Shown piece by piece: positions 18,287 to 27,843 of a stretch of 64,000 nucleotides of DNA. Every line of letters begins with the position of its first letter. Position 1 is the first letter of the stretch. A program made the position numbers and the translations under genes. The DNA is taken from assembly GCA_965217775.1 (NCBI GenBank), contig CBDCJH010000002.1, positions 1,248,001-1,312,000 of the forward strand, written 5' to 3'. The notes below the pieces were generated by a model. It saw nothing but the letters and a program-made list of their open reading frames with translations. It was not told the DNA's origin and ran no database searches. The stretch is from Acidobacteriota bacterium (GTDB taxonomy: Bacteria > Acidobacteriota > UBA6911 > RPQK01 > JAJDTT01).

Positions 18287-20758
18287 CTAGGGCTCCGTTA
18301 CATTCAATTCGGAACCGGCTGGTATGGGTCCAGGAAGTACTTGTTGCTTACCTGAGGGCCAAAGCACTTCAACTTTATCGACGTGTCTGGCCTCGCCGAG
18401 CCCAAAGTAAAGCGGATAGAGACTTTGCGAGAGGTAACCGGATTGGCCGTCCTGAACCTTGGTGTAGTTGGCTTTCCCAACCCGGACCGTGACCCGGGCG
18501 CCGAGCCCGTCGCGGTTCGACCGGGTACCGGTCAGATTGACTTTAAGGAAACGAATCTGCTTGCGATCGGCCAGATCACTGACGAGGACCAAGGGCTCGG
18601 AATTGAAATCGTTGGTCACAATGTCAAGGTCCCCGTCGTTATCCAGGTCGAAAATCACTGACGAACGAGAGCCCACGGCTCCCCAGGCCACGACACGGGT
18701 GACTCCGGCTCCCCGGGCCCTGACCTTCTTGACCAGTTCGTGGTCCTTGTCGACGCGGAGCGCGTCCAGTTCAAACCAGGGGGTGAGGGTTCGGCCGCCG
18801 CGCCTGGGTTCCACGCCCAAAATGAATTCGCTGTCGACGAATCCCTGCCCGCGGTCGTTGAGCAGCAGACTGTTGATGCCATAGCGATAGCCGTAGTTCA
18901 TGCAGGAAGTGATGAATGCATCTTCGAATCCGTCGGCGTTCAGGTCCCCCACACTCAATCCCCAGGGCCAATAATTCTCGGCATTGATTTGATCGGATAC
19001 TTCTTTGAAAGTGCCGTCTCCCCGGTTGCGAAAGAAGGCGTTTCCCCAGACATGATTTCCGTCAGTGGCCAACATCTGTTTCTCGGCGATCTCCTCGGGG
19101 AAGGGGATCTTCTCTTTCTCGCTGAACGGACCCAGATGCTTCCACATGTCCGTGTGCATGTCGGTCAGATAGAGGTCCAGTTGCCCGTCGTTGTCGAAGT
19201 CGAAGACCTTGATCCCCATGGTTCCCCACGGCGTCGCGGGAAACCGCTGGCGGCTCTTCTTCACGAATCTTCGACCTTCAATATTCTCGTAATACTGGTC
19301 ATGGCCCTGCATGTTGGCCAGATACAGATCGGGCCAGCCATCATTGTTGGCATCAAGCGGGCTGGCGTCTCCCGACCAACTCATATCCTTCAAGCCCACC
19401 TGGCCGGTGACGTCGACGAATCGGTTTCCGCCCTGGTTCTGAAAGAGGATGCTGGTCTCCGAGAGTGCAGCATCCAGGTGACGGTTGAAGGCGTCCGGGG
19501 TGGAACGATAGTAGGTATATGGGGAGCGATCCGCGCCCGTGAAGGAGTCATGGACGACCGTCCTGATTTCCTCCGTTGTATAGATGCCGACGTTCACCAG
19601 GAAAAGGTCCAGCCGGCCGTCCCGGTTGTAGTCGAAGAAAACCGCCGCCGAGGAGTGGCCCGTGTACCCGAGACCCGACTCGGCGCTGATGTCTTTGAAG
19701 ACTCCGCTCCCGTCGTTCTCGAACAACACATTACCGCCGCGAACGGTGGTGACGTAAAGGTCTGCGTCCCCGTCGTTGTCGATATCGGCAAAAGAAGCGG
19801 CCACGCCGATCCGTTCCCTGACACCGACCCCCGCCCGCTCCGTGATGTTCTCGAACTTGCCGCCGCCCCGGTTCTTCCAGAGTTCGTTGCTGCCGGCCTG
19901 GCTCACGAAGTAGATGTCGTGCCGCCCGTCGCCATCGACGTCGGCAATGGCGAGACCGTTTCCATGGTCGTAGTGGGCGAAGATAAAGGACCTTCCCGCA
20001 TCGTCGACGATCCGGTTGCGAAAAGCGATGCCCGACTCCCGGACCCGGTCCTCAAACGAAAAATCATGGAAGACTTGTATGTTGTCGGCTCCGTCAAGTT
20101 GGGCCTGCCGGCGTTCTTCCAGCCACGGGAAACCCTGCCACAGGAGACGTTCCTGCAGCGTCGTCAGGGCATCCCTCTTCAGGGCCTCTCTCTGGCCGGA
20201 TACCGTGCCGTCGTAGAACCCCCGGACATGCCCTTGCGGATCGACCAGCATCCATTTTCCGCCGTGCTCGTGCGCCGGCCCGGCGAACCCCGCGTGCACT
20301 TGACTTAGTACGTCTCGTGAGCCGGTGAGGAAGCTCCACTGCTCCCCGTCCACTCCGGCCGCGGTTGCGTAACTCCGAAGGACTTTGGGCGAGTCGTGCT
20401 CCGGATCGGCTGTGAGAGTCACTAGGCGAATATCAGCCCAGCCGGGACGTCTTCTGAGCTCTTTTTGGAGCTTTTCCAGCATGGCGGTTTGTGACGCCGC
20501 CCGTGGATCGTGGGTACGAACAACGTCGGCGATCCAAGCTTTTCCCAGCAGTTCGTGGGTCCCGAAAGGCCGGGAGAGGTGGTCGGTCAAGGAGAACTCG
20601 GGCAAACGGTGCAGTACGGGAGGCATATGGTCTTGCGGGCTGGTTCTTTCGTTTGTCGCCTGCCGCAGGTTCGGCGCAGACGAAGGAGCCGCCGCCAGGC
20701 CGAGCCAAGCCATCACCAATACGCTGGCTGCCGCAATTGCCGAATTTGGTGGGAACAT
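18287..20758 (-). CDS. SCO-like (thioredoxin-fold) domain fused to CRTAC1/ASPIC-UnbV
   Basis: LPEFSLTD..LLGKAWIAD..VTLTADPEHDSPKVLRSYA..WSFLTG..LVDPQGHVRGFYDG, followed by FG-GAP repeats and GYLSQS..YFGLG. Confidence 0.82.
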   Translation of the reverse strand: MFPPNSAIAAASVLVMAWLGLAAAPSSAPNLRQATNERTSPQDHMPPVLHRLPEFSLTDHLSRPFGTHELLGKAWIADVVRTHDPRAASQTAMLEKLQKELRRRPGWADIRLVTLTADPEHDSPKVLRSYATAAGVDGEQWSFLTGSRDVLSQVHAGFAGPAHEHGGKWMLVDPQGHVRGFYDGTVSGQREALKRDALTTLQERLLWQGFPWLEERRQAQLDGADNIQVFHDFSFEDRVRESGIAFRNRIVDDAGRSFIFAHYDHGNGLAIADVDGDGRHDIYFVSQAGSNELWKNRGGGKFENITERAGVGVRERIGVAASFADIDNDGDADLYVTTVRGGNVLFENDGSGVFKDISAESGLGYTGHSSAAVFFDYNRDGRLDLFLVNVGIYTTEEIRTVVHDSFTGADRSPYTYYRSTPDAFNRHLDAALSETSILFQNQGGNRFVDVTGQVGLKDMSWSGDASPLDANNDGWPDLYLANMQGHDQYYENIEGRRFVKKSRQRFPATPWGTMGIKVFDFDNDGQLDLYLTDMHTDMWKHLGPFSEKEKIPFPEEIAEKQMLATDGNHVWGNAFFRNRGDGTFKEVSDQINAENYWPWGLSVGDLNADGFEDAFITSCMNYGYRYGINSLLLNDRGQGFVDSEFILGVEPRRGGRTLTPWFELDALRVDKDHELVKKVRARGAGVTRVVAWGAVGSRSSVIFDLDNDGDLDIVTNDFNSEPLVLVSDLADRKQIRFLKVNLTGTRSNRDGLGARVTVRVGKANYTKVQDGQSGYLSQSLYPLYFGLGEARHVDKVEVLWPSGKQQVLPGPIPAGSELNVTEP

Positions 20759-20924
20759 CGTTTCATCTACGGGGGTTCGGAGAACCGCTCCGTGACGGGG
20801 ATAGGATCTTCTTTTTTGGCGAGTCTGGCAAGGTCAATTGCTACGGGGCGAACCTTCATCCATAGCACCGGGACAGCCGTCAAGGAACAGCCTCTCGACT
20901 CCTCCCGGTGGTATTCTTCTGGGA

Positions 20925-22652
20925 ATGTTCCGGTTCGTGGCAAACGGCAGAATAGCCTTCCCGGTACCCGTCGGACTGTCCCTGGCTCTGGTTTTCCTGG
21001 GCGTGGCCGGTGTCCATTCCGTAGCGGAATCTGCCGGGCTTCAGGACCCTGACGCCAGAGAGCTGACCCCCATTCCTCATCCCGACCTCAATGCCGTGGA
21101 GCGGCTGATTCGGGAGCAACTCCAAGCAGAGCGATCCAGGTTGACGGCCAAGGTCTCCGCCGCCGAAGTTCCCGATTCGGCTCGAGCTGACGCTTTTGGA
21201 GGGCTGGGAAGGCTTTACCATGCCTACGATTTCACCGAAGCCGCCCGGGCCTGCTACCGGAATGCGCTCGTCCTGAAGCCCAAGGATTTTCGCTGGGCCT
21301 ATCTGCTGGGCCGCCTGTTGGAAAGCCAAGGGGACCTGAAGCAAGCCGTCGAGCACTACCGGCGAGCCGCCGCCATCGAGCCGGAAGATCTTCCGACACT
21401 GCTGCATCTGGCCCAGGCGCAACTGAACCTGAATCGTCCGGAGTTGGCCGAACCGCTTTTCAAGGAGGCCATCTCCCGAGACCCGTATCCATCGTCAGCT
21501 TCCGCGTTGGTGGGGTTGGGCAATATTTCCCTCTCGCGGAACGATCCTGAGGAGGCAATCGAATACTTCGAAACCGCCGTCTCGCTGCAACCGGAGGCCA
21601 ACAGCATCCACTATCCGTTGGCCATGTCCTACCGGCAGATCGGGGACCTGGAGAAGGCGCGGGAACATCTCAAGCAGCGCGGGACCAAGACCCCGGAATA
21701 CCCGGATCCGCTGATGGACGAGCTCCGAAAAGTCAGGACGGGCAAGCAGTTTTTTTGGAGTCAGGGCACCGTCGCGCTGAGCGAAGGAAGGTTTGCGGAC
21801 GCCGCCGAGGCCTTCCGTCAGATGGTGGCCGCCGATCCGGAGGAGCCGATCGCGCACATGGACCTGGGGACGGCGCTGCTGCAACTCGGAGATGTCGGCG
21901 GAGCCCTGGCCAGGTACCAGGAATCGCTCCGGCTCTCGCCGGGCAATCCCCGGCTTCACTACAACCTGGGGCTGGTTTACACCCTGCAGAAGGCCTATCC
22001 GAAGGCGCTCGAGCATTATCAGAATGCCGTCGAGCTGGATCCCGGATTCGAGAACGCCCATTTCAACGCGGCGAATCTATTGATGAGACTGGGGAACATG
22101 GCGCGGGCCGGGCGGCACTACGGTCGAGTGAATGAACTGAATCCCAGCCATGCCTTTGCCCGTTTCATGCAGGCCATGACGTTGGTGAAGCTGGGCCGCT
22201 ACCGGGAGGCGCGAACGCTTCTGGAATCGAGCCACCAGGCTCTGCCCGATGATGTCGATATCACCCACGCCCTGGCCCGTCTGCTGGCGGCTTCGCCCCA
22301 AAGCACCGCCGGCGATGGACGCCAGGCTTTGAAGCTGCTGGAGGGTGTCTTCAAGTCCCAGAACGAAGTGGCTTTCGAGCACTTTGAGACGCTGGCGATG
22401 GCTCTGGCAATGTCCGGACAAATCCATAGGGCCTTGCAGGTGCAGCAGGGAATGATGGACGAAGTCAGGCAAGCCGGACGTGCGGATCTGGCCGCGTTGC
22501 TCGAAGAGAATTTGGCGCGGTATCGAAGCGGTCAACCCTGCCGCACCCCCTGGAGGGACGACGATCCGGTGTTCTCTCCTGTCCCAGGGGATTTGGCGCC
22601 GCTCAAGTCAATCGGGGAAGGGTCCAACCCAAACTCGGTTCCTGGGAGTTGA
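20925..22652 (+). CDS. Exported tetratricopeptide repeat protein
   Basis: IPHPDL N-terminal motif, TPRs and C-terminal QPCRTPWRDDDPVFSP shared with 1251..3014. Confidence 0.85.
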   Translation: MFRFVANGRIAFPVPVGLSLALVFLGVAGVHSVAESAGLQDPDARELTPIPHPDLNAVERLIREQLQAERSRLTAKVSAAEVPDSARADAFGGLGRLYHAYDFTEAARACYRNALVLKPKDFRWAYLLGRLLESQGDLKQAVEHYRRAAAIEPEDLPTLLHLAQAQLNLNRPELAEPLFKEAISRDPYPSSASALVGLGNISLSRNDPEEAIEYFETAVSLQPEANSIHYPLAMSYRQIGDLEKAREHLKQRGTKTPEYPDPLMDELRKVRTGKQFFWSQGTVALSEGRFADAAEAFRQMVAADPEEPIAHMDLGTALLQLGDVGGALARYQESLRLSPGNPRLHYNLGLVYTLQKAYPKALEHYQNAVELDPGFENAHFNAANLLMRLGNMARAGRHYGRVNELNPSHAFARFMQAMTLVKLGRYREARTLLESSHQALPDDVDITHALARLLAASPQSTAGDGRQALKLLEGVFKSQNEVAFEHFETLAMALAMSGQIHRALQVQQGMMDEVRQAGRADLAALLEENLARYRSGQPCRTPWRDDDPVFSPVPGDLAPLKSIGEGSNPNSVPGS

Positions 22653-22709
22653 ATCGAACCCGTATCGCCGCTTTGACGTTGTGTGAGCGTGGGCCAGGCC
22701 GGATCGCCT

Positions 22710-24314
22710 CTACGATCCCTCCGGCGCCAGGGCATCAAATTGAACCAGCGTGAGGGAGAACGGCGGGCACGACAAAATCCACTCCCGGTCCTGTTCTCCG
22801 ACTTTCGCGGAGGCCGGCTCGATGCGATCGGGAACCTTGAAATCATTGATTTCCAGTGGCCCTGAAGCAGTCAGCACGGTGGCTGCGGTCTTCAACCGCC
22901 CGGCCCCCTCGAGGCGAAATCGGACGGACTGCTCGCGGCTCAGGTGGGGATTGATGATCGAGACGGTGAATTGACTCGAATCGCTCTTTTTGGAAGCTAC
23001 GATGTCCAGTTCCGGGAGCGAGCGGGTCCTGCCCTCGTCCTCGAACTGAAATTCGCCGATGGCTGCTTCCAACCCCATGACATCGGCGTTCATATGGTGT
23101 TTGAGCAGGTCGAAGACATGGTAGGTGGGAGTCCGAACCAGCTTGGGCCCCTTGGTCTTCAACACGTTGTGAATCACGTTGACGGATAGGGCCAAATGAG
23201 CCAAATGCAGGCGATTCGCCCGGCGCATGAACCCGTGCAGCATGCGCGCGGCCATGAGTGCGTCACGCATGGTGTCCGGCTGGACGAAGTCCTTGCCGGA
23301 CATGGAGATGGGAAAAGATTCAACGGGATCGATCTCCTTGTGCCAGGCGCCCCACTCGTCGAGCATGATGCCGATGTGTTTGCGCCCCCCGATCCAGCGG
23401 TCGATGGACCTGGCCGCCTCATCGATCACGTTCTTGCACTTCTCAACGTCGGCCAGCAGGGCGTAGGTGTCCGCGGCTTGGCTTTCGGCCGCCGCCGCCG
23501 GCTTCAAGTAGCACTGGAGCGAAATCAGGTCGAACAACTCGAGGCGGTCGCTCAGCGCTTTGAGCAGCCGGTCGACCCAGTCGCTGTGCGGCTCGCCATT
23601 GATGATGATTTTGGCGTCCCGGCCATACTGGCGCATGTAGAATCCGTAGCGGCGCACCTGGATCGCGTACAGTTCCGGCGTCCACTGGTAGCTGGTCTCA
23701 TTGCCGATGGTCCAGTACTTGACCCCGTAAGGCTCCGGGTGGCCGTTTTTCCGCCGCAGCTCGGCATACCGGGTGTCTGTAGTGCCATTGACGTATTCCA
23801 TCCAGGCGACGATCTCCCTGGGGTCGCCCATTCCAATATTGGTTTGGATGACCGGCTCGGCTCCGATGGCGGCGCACCACTGCAGGAATTCGTCGGTTCC
23901 AAAAAAATTGGGTTCAACCTCCTGCCAGAAGCTCAGGCTGCGGGGACGTTGCGATCGAGGTCCGATCCCGTCTTTCCAGTGGTAGGTGTCGGCGGCGGTC
24001 CCCCCCGGCCAGCGAAATGCGGGAGCCCGGAGTTGACGATAGGCTTCGATGGTGTCGAGCCGCATACCGCCGTCATTGGGGATGCTGGAATCCTCGCCAA
24101 CCCAGACGCCGTCGTAGATGGTCGCGCCGAGCAGCTCCACCATGTGACCGAAGATCCCGGGAGCGATCGTTCCCCGGCGCTCTTCCGGATGGATCTTCAC
24201 TGTCGTCTCGACCCCTATTTTAGGGCCGCCTGGAAGGTTGGACTCCTGCGCTTGGAGGGTGGCGAACGGTCCAACGGCCGTCGCGAGAATCAGAGGAAGA
24301 ACCGATCTTTCCAT
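22710..24314 (-). CDS. Glycoside hydrolase family 51 (alpha-L-arabinofuranosidase-like), exported
   Basis: FRWPGG..YHWKDGIGP, FGTDEF, YWTIGNE (acid/base), LDEWG (nucleophile), PPFSLT; start uncertain. Confidence 0.88.
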   Translation of the reverse strand: MERSVLPLILATAVGPFATLQAQESNLPGGPKIGVETTVKIHPEERRGTIAPGIFGHMVELLGATIYDGVWVGEDSSIPNDGGMRLDTIEAYRQLRAPAFRWPGGTAADTYHWKDGIGPRSQRPRSLSFWQEVEPNFFGTDEFLQWCAAIGAEPVIQTNIGMGDPREIVAWMEYVNGTTDTRYAELRRKNGHPEPYGVKYWTIGNETSYQWTPELYAIQVRRYGFYMRQYGRDAKIIINGEPHSDWVDRLLKALSDRLELFDLISLQCYLKPAAAAESQAADTYALLADVEKCKNVIDEAARSIDRWIGGRKHIGIMLDEWGAWHKEIDPVESFPISMSGKDFVQPDTMRDALMAARMLHGFMRRANRLHLAHLALSVNVIHNVLKTKGPKLVRTPTYHVFDLLKHHMNADVMGLEAAIGEFQFEDEGRTRSLPELDIVASKKSDSSQFTVSIINPHLSREQSVRFRLEGAGRLKTAATVLTASGPLEINDFKVPDRIEPASAKVGEQDREWILSCPPFSLTLVQFDALAPEGS

Positions 24315-24412
24315 TGCTGCTGCCCACCTTCTACGTCTCAAATGTTTGACTCCGGTTCTCAGACTGCACGTTCTGTTGTACAGGAATGCATGTAACCACA
24401 ACCGGTCGTCAA

Positions 24413-24458
24413 CAGCCCGTGGTGAAACTCGCGCGAGCACCGAGACCGTTCCTGCGCC
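24413..24458. repeat. Opposite terminal remnant of MITE family 2
   Basis: CAGCCCGTGGTGAAACTCGCGCGAGCACCGAGACCGTTCCTGCGCC is a near match to the reverse complement of 39369-39414. Confidence 0.8.
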
Positions 24459-24492
24459 GTCGTCGTGCCGCGCGGTGAGAAATTCGAGCTAG

Positions 24493-24651
24493 GAGCCTGC
24501 GCCGCAGAAATTGATCTACTGCGAAAGCGGTAGAATCGGTCCAGATTTCCCCGATTTCTCGGCGAATAGAACAACTATGCACCTCAAAATCGAGAAAATC
24601 TGGCCTCGATTCCCCACTTTCTCGCTACGATCATTTCTACGGCGCAGACTC
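24493..24651. mobile_element. 159-bp palindromic MITE-like element, family 1, copy B
   Basis: Five substitutions versus 4864-5022 by manual comparison; flanked by CTAG and CTAT. Confidence 0.85.
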
Positions 24652-25011
24652 CTATTGGATCCTGTTCCGGACCAGACAGTAGGCTACCAGGACCAAAGTC
24701 ATTCCCGCCACGTCCGCCAGCACGTCTCCAGCGGAGGCATCCCGGCTGGGAACGAAGGACTGATGGATTTCGTCGCTCACGGCGAAGAGCGTTCCCAGAA
24801 ACCAGAGCCAGAGGAGTTGGCGGGTTTTAATTCTTCGCCGAAGTCCTGAGCTTCGTCCCCAGACCAGAGTCACGGTCAGGAGTGCATATTCGATGACGTG
24901 CAGCAGGGGATTGAGACCCAATCCGGCTCCGGGAGGGTGGCTCTGATGAGACAGGTAGACGATCAGGCAGATGGTGGTGAGAGCCGGAATCCAGTGCAGG
25001 ACGGTCCCCAC
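24652..25011 (-). CDS. VanZ-like membrane protein
   Basis: HVIEYALL..SDEIHQSFVPSRDASAGDVLAD. Confidence 0.88.
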   Translation of the reverse strand: MGTVLHWIPALTTICLIVYLSHQSHPPGAGLGLNPLLHVIEYALLTVTLVWGRSSGLRRRIKTRQLLWLWFLGTLFAVSDEIHQSFVPSRDASAGDVLADVAGMTLVLVAYCLVRNRIQ

Positions 25012-25024
25012 GTCGACACCACCG

Positions 25025-25195
25025 TTACCAGGGGATCAGTTGCATCAGCCACACGGCCGCCAGCGACCCCAGGATGAGGTAGGCCGAGAGGGAGAGAAAA
25101 TAACGGACCCGCTCTCGCGTGTCCTCCTTGTTGATCATGGCGAACACGACGCCGATGCTCAATGCCAGCAAGACCAGCCCGAAGAGATGGTTCAT
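25025..25195 (-). CDS. Small two-TM membrane protein
   Basis: MNHLFGLVLLALSIGVVFAM..LAAVWLMQLIPW; ATGA overlap with the upstream gene. Confidence 0.7.
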   Translation of the reverse strand: MNHLFGLVLLALSIGVVFAMINKEDTRERVRYFLSLSAYLILGSLAAVWLMQLIPW

Positions 25196-25554
25196 CGGCG
25201 ATTCCCCGCCGCGATATCGTAGCTGTCCAGCACCATCAGCATGTTCAGCAACCCGGCCGTGTACAGGAACGTGTTGCCGTATTCGTACCCGAAGGAGTGG
25301 ATGTCGCCTGCTCCCCAACCGGCCCATTTTCCGAGGAGGTAGGGAAGTCCGATGCTCAGATCGGCGATGAATTTCAGCTTACCGAAGAAACCGGGTCCCA
25401 AGCCGAACAGGCGGCCGTCCATGGAGAGGCCGAACGCGAACAGAATCATCACCACAGAGAAGAAAAGCAATCCCCTGGCCCAGCGTCCCTGCAAGAAATG
25501 ACCCGAACCTGGAATCAGCCAGGCAGCCAGACAGAGGGCAATGTTCGTAGACAC
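25192..25554 (-). CDS. Membrane protein, DUF6677-like
   Basis: AWLIPGSGHF..EYGNTFLYTAGLLNMLMVLDSYD; GTG start inferred. Confidence 0.75.
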   Translation of the reverse strand: MSTNIALCLAAWLIPGSGHFLQGRWARGLLFFSVVMILFAFGLSMDGRLFGLGPGFFGKLKFIADLSIGLPYLLGKWAGWGAGDIHSFGYEYGNTFLYTAGLLNMLMVLDSYDIAAGNRR

Positions 25555-25681
25555 GCGTGAAGAATAGAAAGAGTCGCCCGGGAGTTCAAGCCGCTGCATC
25601 CTATGCTGTCTCCCCGCCCGGCTAGAATGACGGAGACAAGACGCGGGGACTCACGTAGAATCCCCCGGTCGAGCGACGGAA

Positions 25682-26497
25682 ATGGAATATCTATTTGGGT
25701 TTCGCGATTGGCATCCGGTGCTTCAGGCCTTGGGAGCGACTGGATTCACCTGGTTCATGACCGCCCTCGGAGCGGCCCTCGTCTTCGCCGCCAAGGACCT
25801 GAACCGCAAGGTTCTGGACGGCATGCTGGGGTTCGCGGCAGGGGTCATGATCGCGGCCAGTTACTGGTCCCTTCTGGCTCCGGCCATCGAGCTTTCTGAA
25901 GGCGGGAGTCTGCCGTCCTGGTTTCCCGCAGCCACCGGATTTCTGGCCGGGGCCTCGTTTCTATGGTGCATCGACAAGGTGATGCCCCACCTGCATCTGG
26001 GCTTTCCCAAATCCGAATCGGAGGGAATCAAGACGACTTGGCACAGGACGAGCCTGTTGATATTGGCGATTACCATCCACAATATTCCGGAAGGTCTGGC
26101 CGTGGGCGTCGCGTTCGGATCACTCGGCGTCGATTCGACCATGACGTTTGGCTCTGCGGTGGCGCTCGCCATCGGAATCGGCCTGCAGAATATGCCGGAG
26201 GGGGTGGCCGTGGCCATGCCGTTGCGCCGGGAGAAGGTCTCCCGCTTGAAGTGTTTCTGGTACGGTCAGCTTTCGGCCGTGGTAGAGCCGGTGGCCGGTG
26301 TCCTGGGAGCCGTCCTGGTTTCTCTTTCGCGGCCTTTGCTGCCCTATGCCTTCGGTTTCGCTGCCGGAGCCATGATTTTTGTCGTGGTCGAGGAGGTGGT
26401 CCCCGAGTCCCAGAGGGCAGGTGACACGGATCTGGCCACCATGGGCGCCATCTTCGGATTTACCGTGATGATGATTCTGGACGTGGCTCTGGGCTGA
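25682..26497 (+). CDS. ZIP family metal transporter (GufA/ZupT-like)
   Basis: ITIHNIPEGLAVG, GIGLQNMPEG, FAAGAMIFVVVEE. Confidence 0.92.
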   Translation: MEYLFGFRDWHPVLQALGATGFTWFMTALGAALVFAAKDLNRKVLDGMLGFAAGVMIAASYWSLLAPAIELSEGGSLPSWFPAATGFLAGASFLWCIDKVMPHLHLGFPKSESEGIKTTWHRTSLLILAITIHNIPEGLAVGVAFGSLGVDSTMTFGSAVALAIGIGLQNMPEGVAVAMPLRREKVSRLKCFWYGQLSAVVEPVAGVLGAVLVSLSRPLLPYAFGFAAGAMIFVVVEEVVPESQRAGDTDLATMGAIFGFTVMMILDVALG

Positions 26498-26609
26498 CGT
26501 TCCGCATCGAAGGCGAAACTGGCGCGGTAGAGACCGGCGGCACCGGAAGGGATCATGGTTTCCGCGCAGTTCGGAAACGATCCCCCTGTGAATCCCGGCG
26601 TGGAGGAAC

Positions 26610-27611
26610 ATGGCGCGAAGACGGCCCACTGTGATTCTGGGAGTCGGACTCCTCTGTTCCTGGGTCGTGGTCGGGAGTCTCGGGTTTTCCTGGATCGAGG
26701 ACTGGTCCCTGTTGGACGGTGTCTATATGACCGTCATCGCCATCTCCACGGTGGGTTTCGGCGAGGTGCATCCACTCTCCGATTCTGGGAAGGTGTTTGC
26801 TACCTTCCTGATCGTGGCGGGTCTGGGGACGGCGATCTATACCTTCACCATCCTGGGGCAAACTTTGCTGGAAGGAGAACTGGCCGAAGTTCTGGGGAGA
26901 CGGCGAATGAAAAGCCATCGGGGTAAGCTCGAAGACCACTACATCGTCTGTGGAAACGGGCGCGTGGGCCGCACCGTGTCGACCTATCTGGACCGCCGCA
27001 AGCTTCCCTTTTGCGTGATCGAAATCGATCCGGCGGCGGAAGCGGAACTGAGGCAGCGCCGCTATCGGTATGTCATAGGCGACGCGACCGAAGATGAGAA
27101 TCTCATTCTCGCCGGGTTGTCCCGGGCCAAGGCGGTCTTTGCCTTGCTGCCGTCGGACGCGGACAACCTGTACCTGACGCTGTCGGCCAAGGGCCTCAAC
27201 CCGTCGGCGGTGGTCGTGGCCCGGGCCTCCGGCAAGGGAGCCGAATCCAAGCTGGAAAGGGCCGGCGCCGATCACGTCGTCTCTCCCTACGAACTGGTCG
27301 GGCTGCGGCTTCTCCAGAAAGTTCTAAGTCCGACCCTGTTGGAGTTCATGGACTTGGTGATCCATCGAGAACATCTGAAATTGATCATGGAAGAGTTTTG
27401 CGTGCCTTCCGATTCGGTGTTGGCCGGATATTCGATCGAAGAAGCCCGGATTCGCAGTCGGTATGGCCTTATCGTCGTGGCCTTCAAACGGCCCGACGGT
27501 CCCATGCTCTTCAATCCCGATGCGGGCGAGAAGATGGAACCGGGAGACGTGCTGGTGCTCTTGGGGCCCGAGGATCAAGTCAAAGACCTGGAACAAGCCA
27601 AAAGAGCGTGA
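26610..27611 (+). CDS. Potassium channel protein (2TM pore + TrkA-N/RCK + TrkA-C)
   Basis: STVGFGE filter, HYIVCGNGRVG, GDATEDENL, FNPDAG. Confidence 0.92.
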   Translation: MARRRPTVILGVGLLCSWVVVGSLGFSWIEDWSLLDGVYMTVIAISTVGFGEVHPLSDSGKVFATFLIVAGLGTAIYTFTILGQTLLEGELAEVLGRRRMKSHRGKLEDHYIVCGNGRVGRTVSTYLDRRKLPFCVIEIDPAAEAELRQRRYRYVIGDATEDENLILAGLSRAKAVFALLPSDADNLYLTLSAKGLNPSAVVVARASGKGAESKLERAGADHVVSPYELVGLRLLQKVLSPTLLEFMDLVIHREHLKLIMEEFCVPSDSVLAGYSIEEARIRSRYGLIVVAFKRPDGPMLFNPDAGEKMEPGDVLVLLGPEDQVKDLEQAKRA

Positions 27612-27843
27612 CGCCCCCCTGCCCGTTACCGGTGCGGGTGGCCGGGAGTATCTGGCATTCGGAAGGGAAATCGTGTAAGGTGGGTCGGTCTTCGCGAGAG
27701 CGTCTGAAAGGAAGGACGGGTAGGTGTGGCCTTGGCGGGAGCGTTCCCGCAAGCCATTTCTTTATTCGGAAACGAGTTTCGACCCTGGCGGAGCTCATAC
27801 GCGGCTCGTCCGGGTCCGCCCCCAACTCGAGGAGAGAGTAGAT

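Noticed and set aside
3007-20200. Recurring GACAACGACGGCGA-like DNA repeats suggesting an array
   Set aside because: They encode DxDxDG motifs of FG-GAP repeats; there is no regular repeat-spacer periodicity, so this is not CRISPR.
20826-20842. sigma54-like TGGCA..TTGC motifs here and near 1152-1166
   Set aside because: The GG-to-GC spacing is off by one base in each case, and sigma54 spacing is strict.
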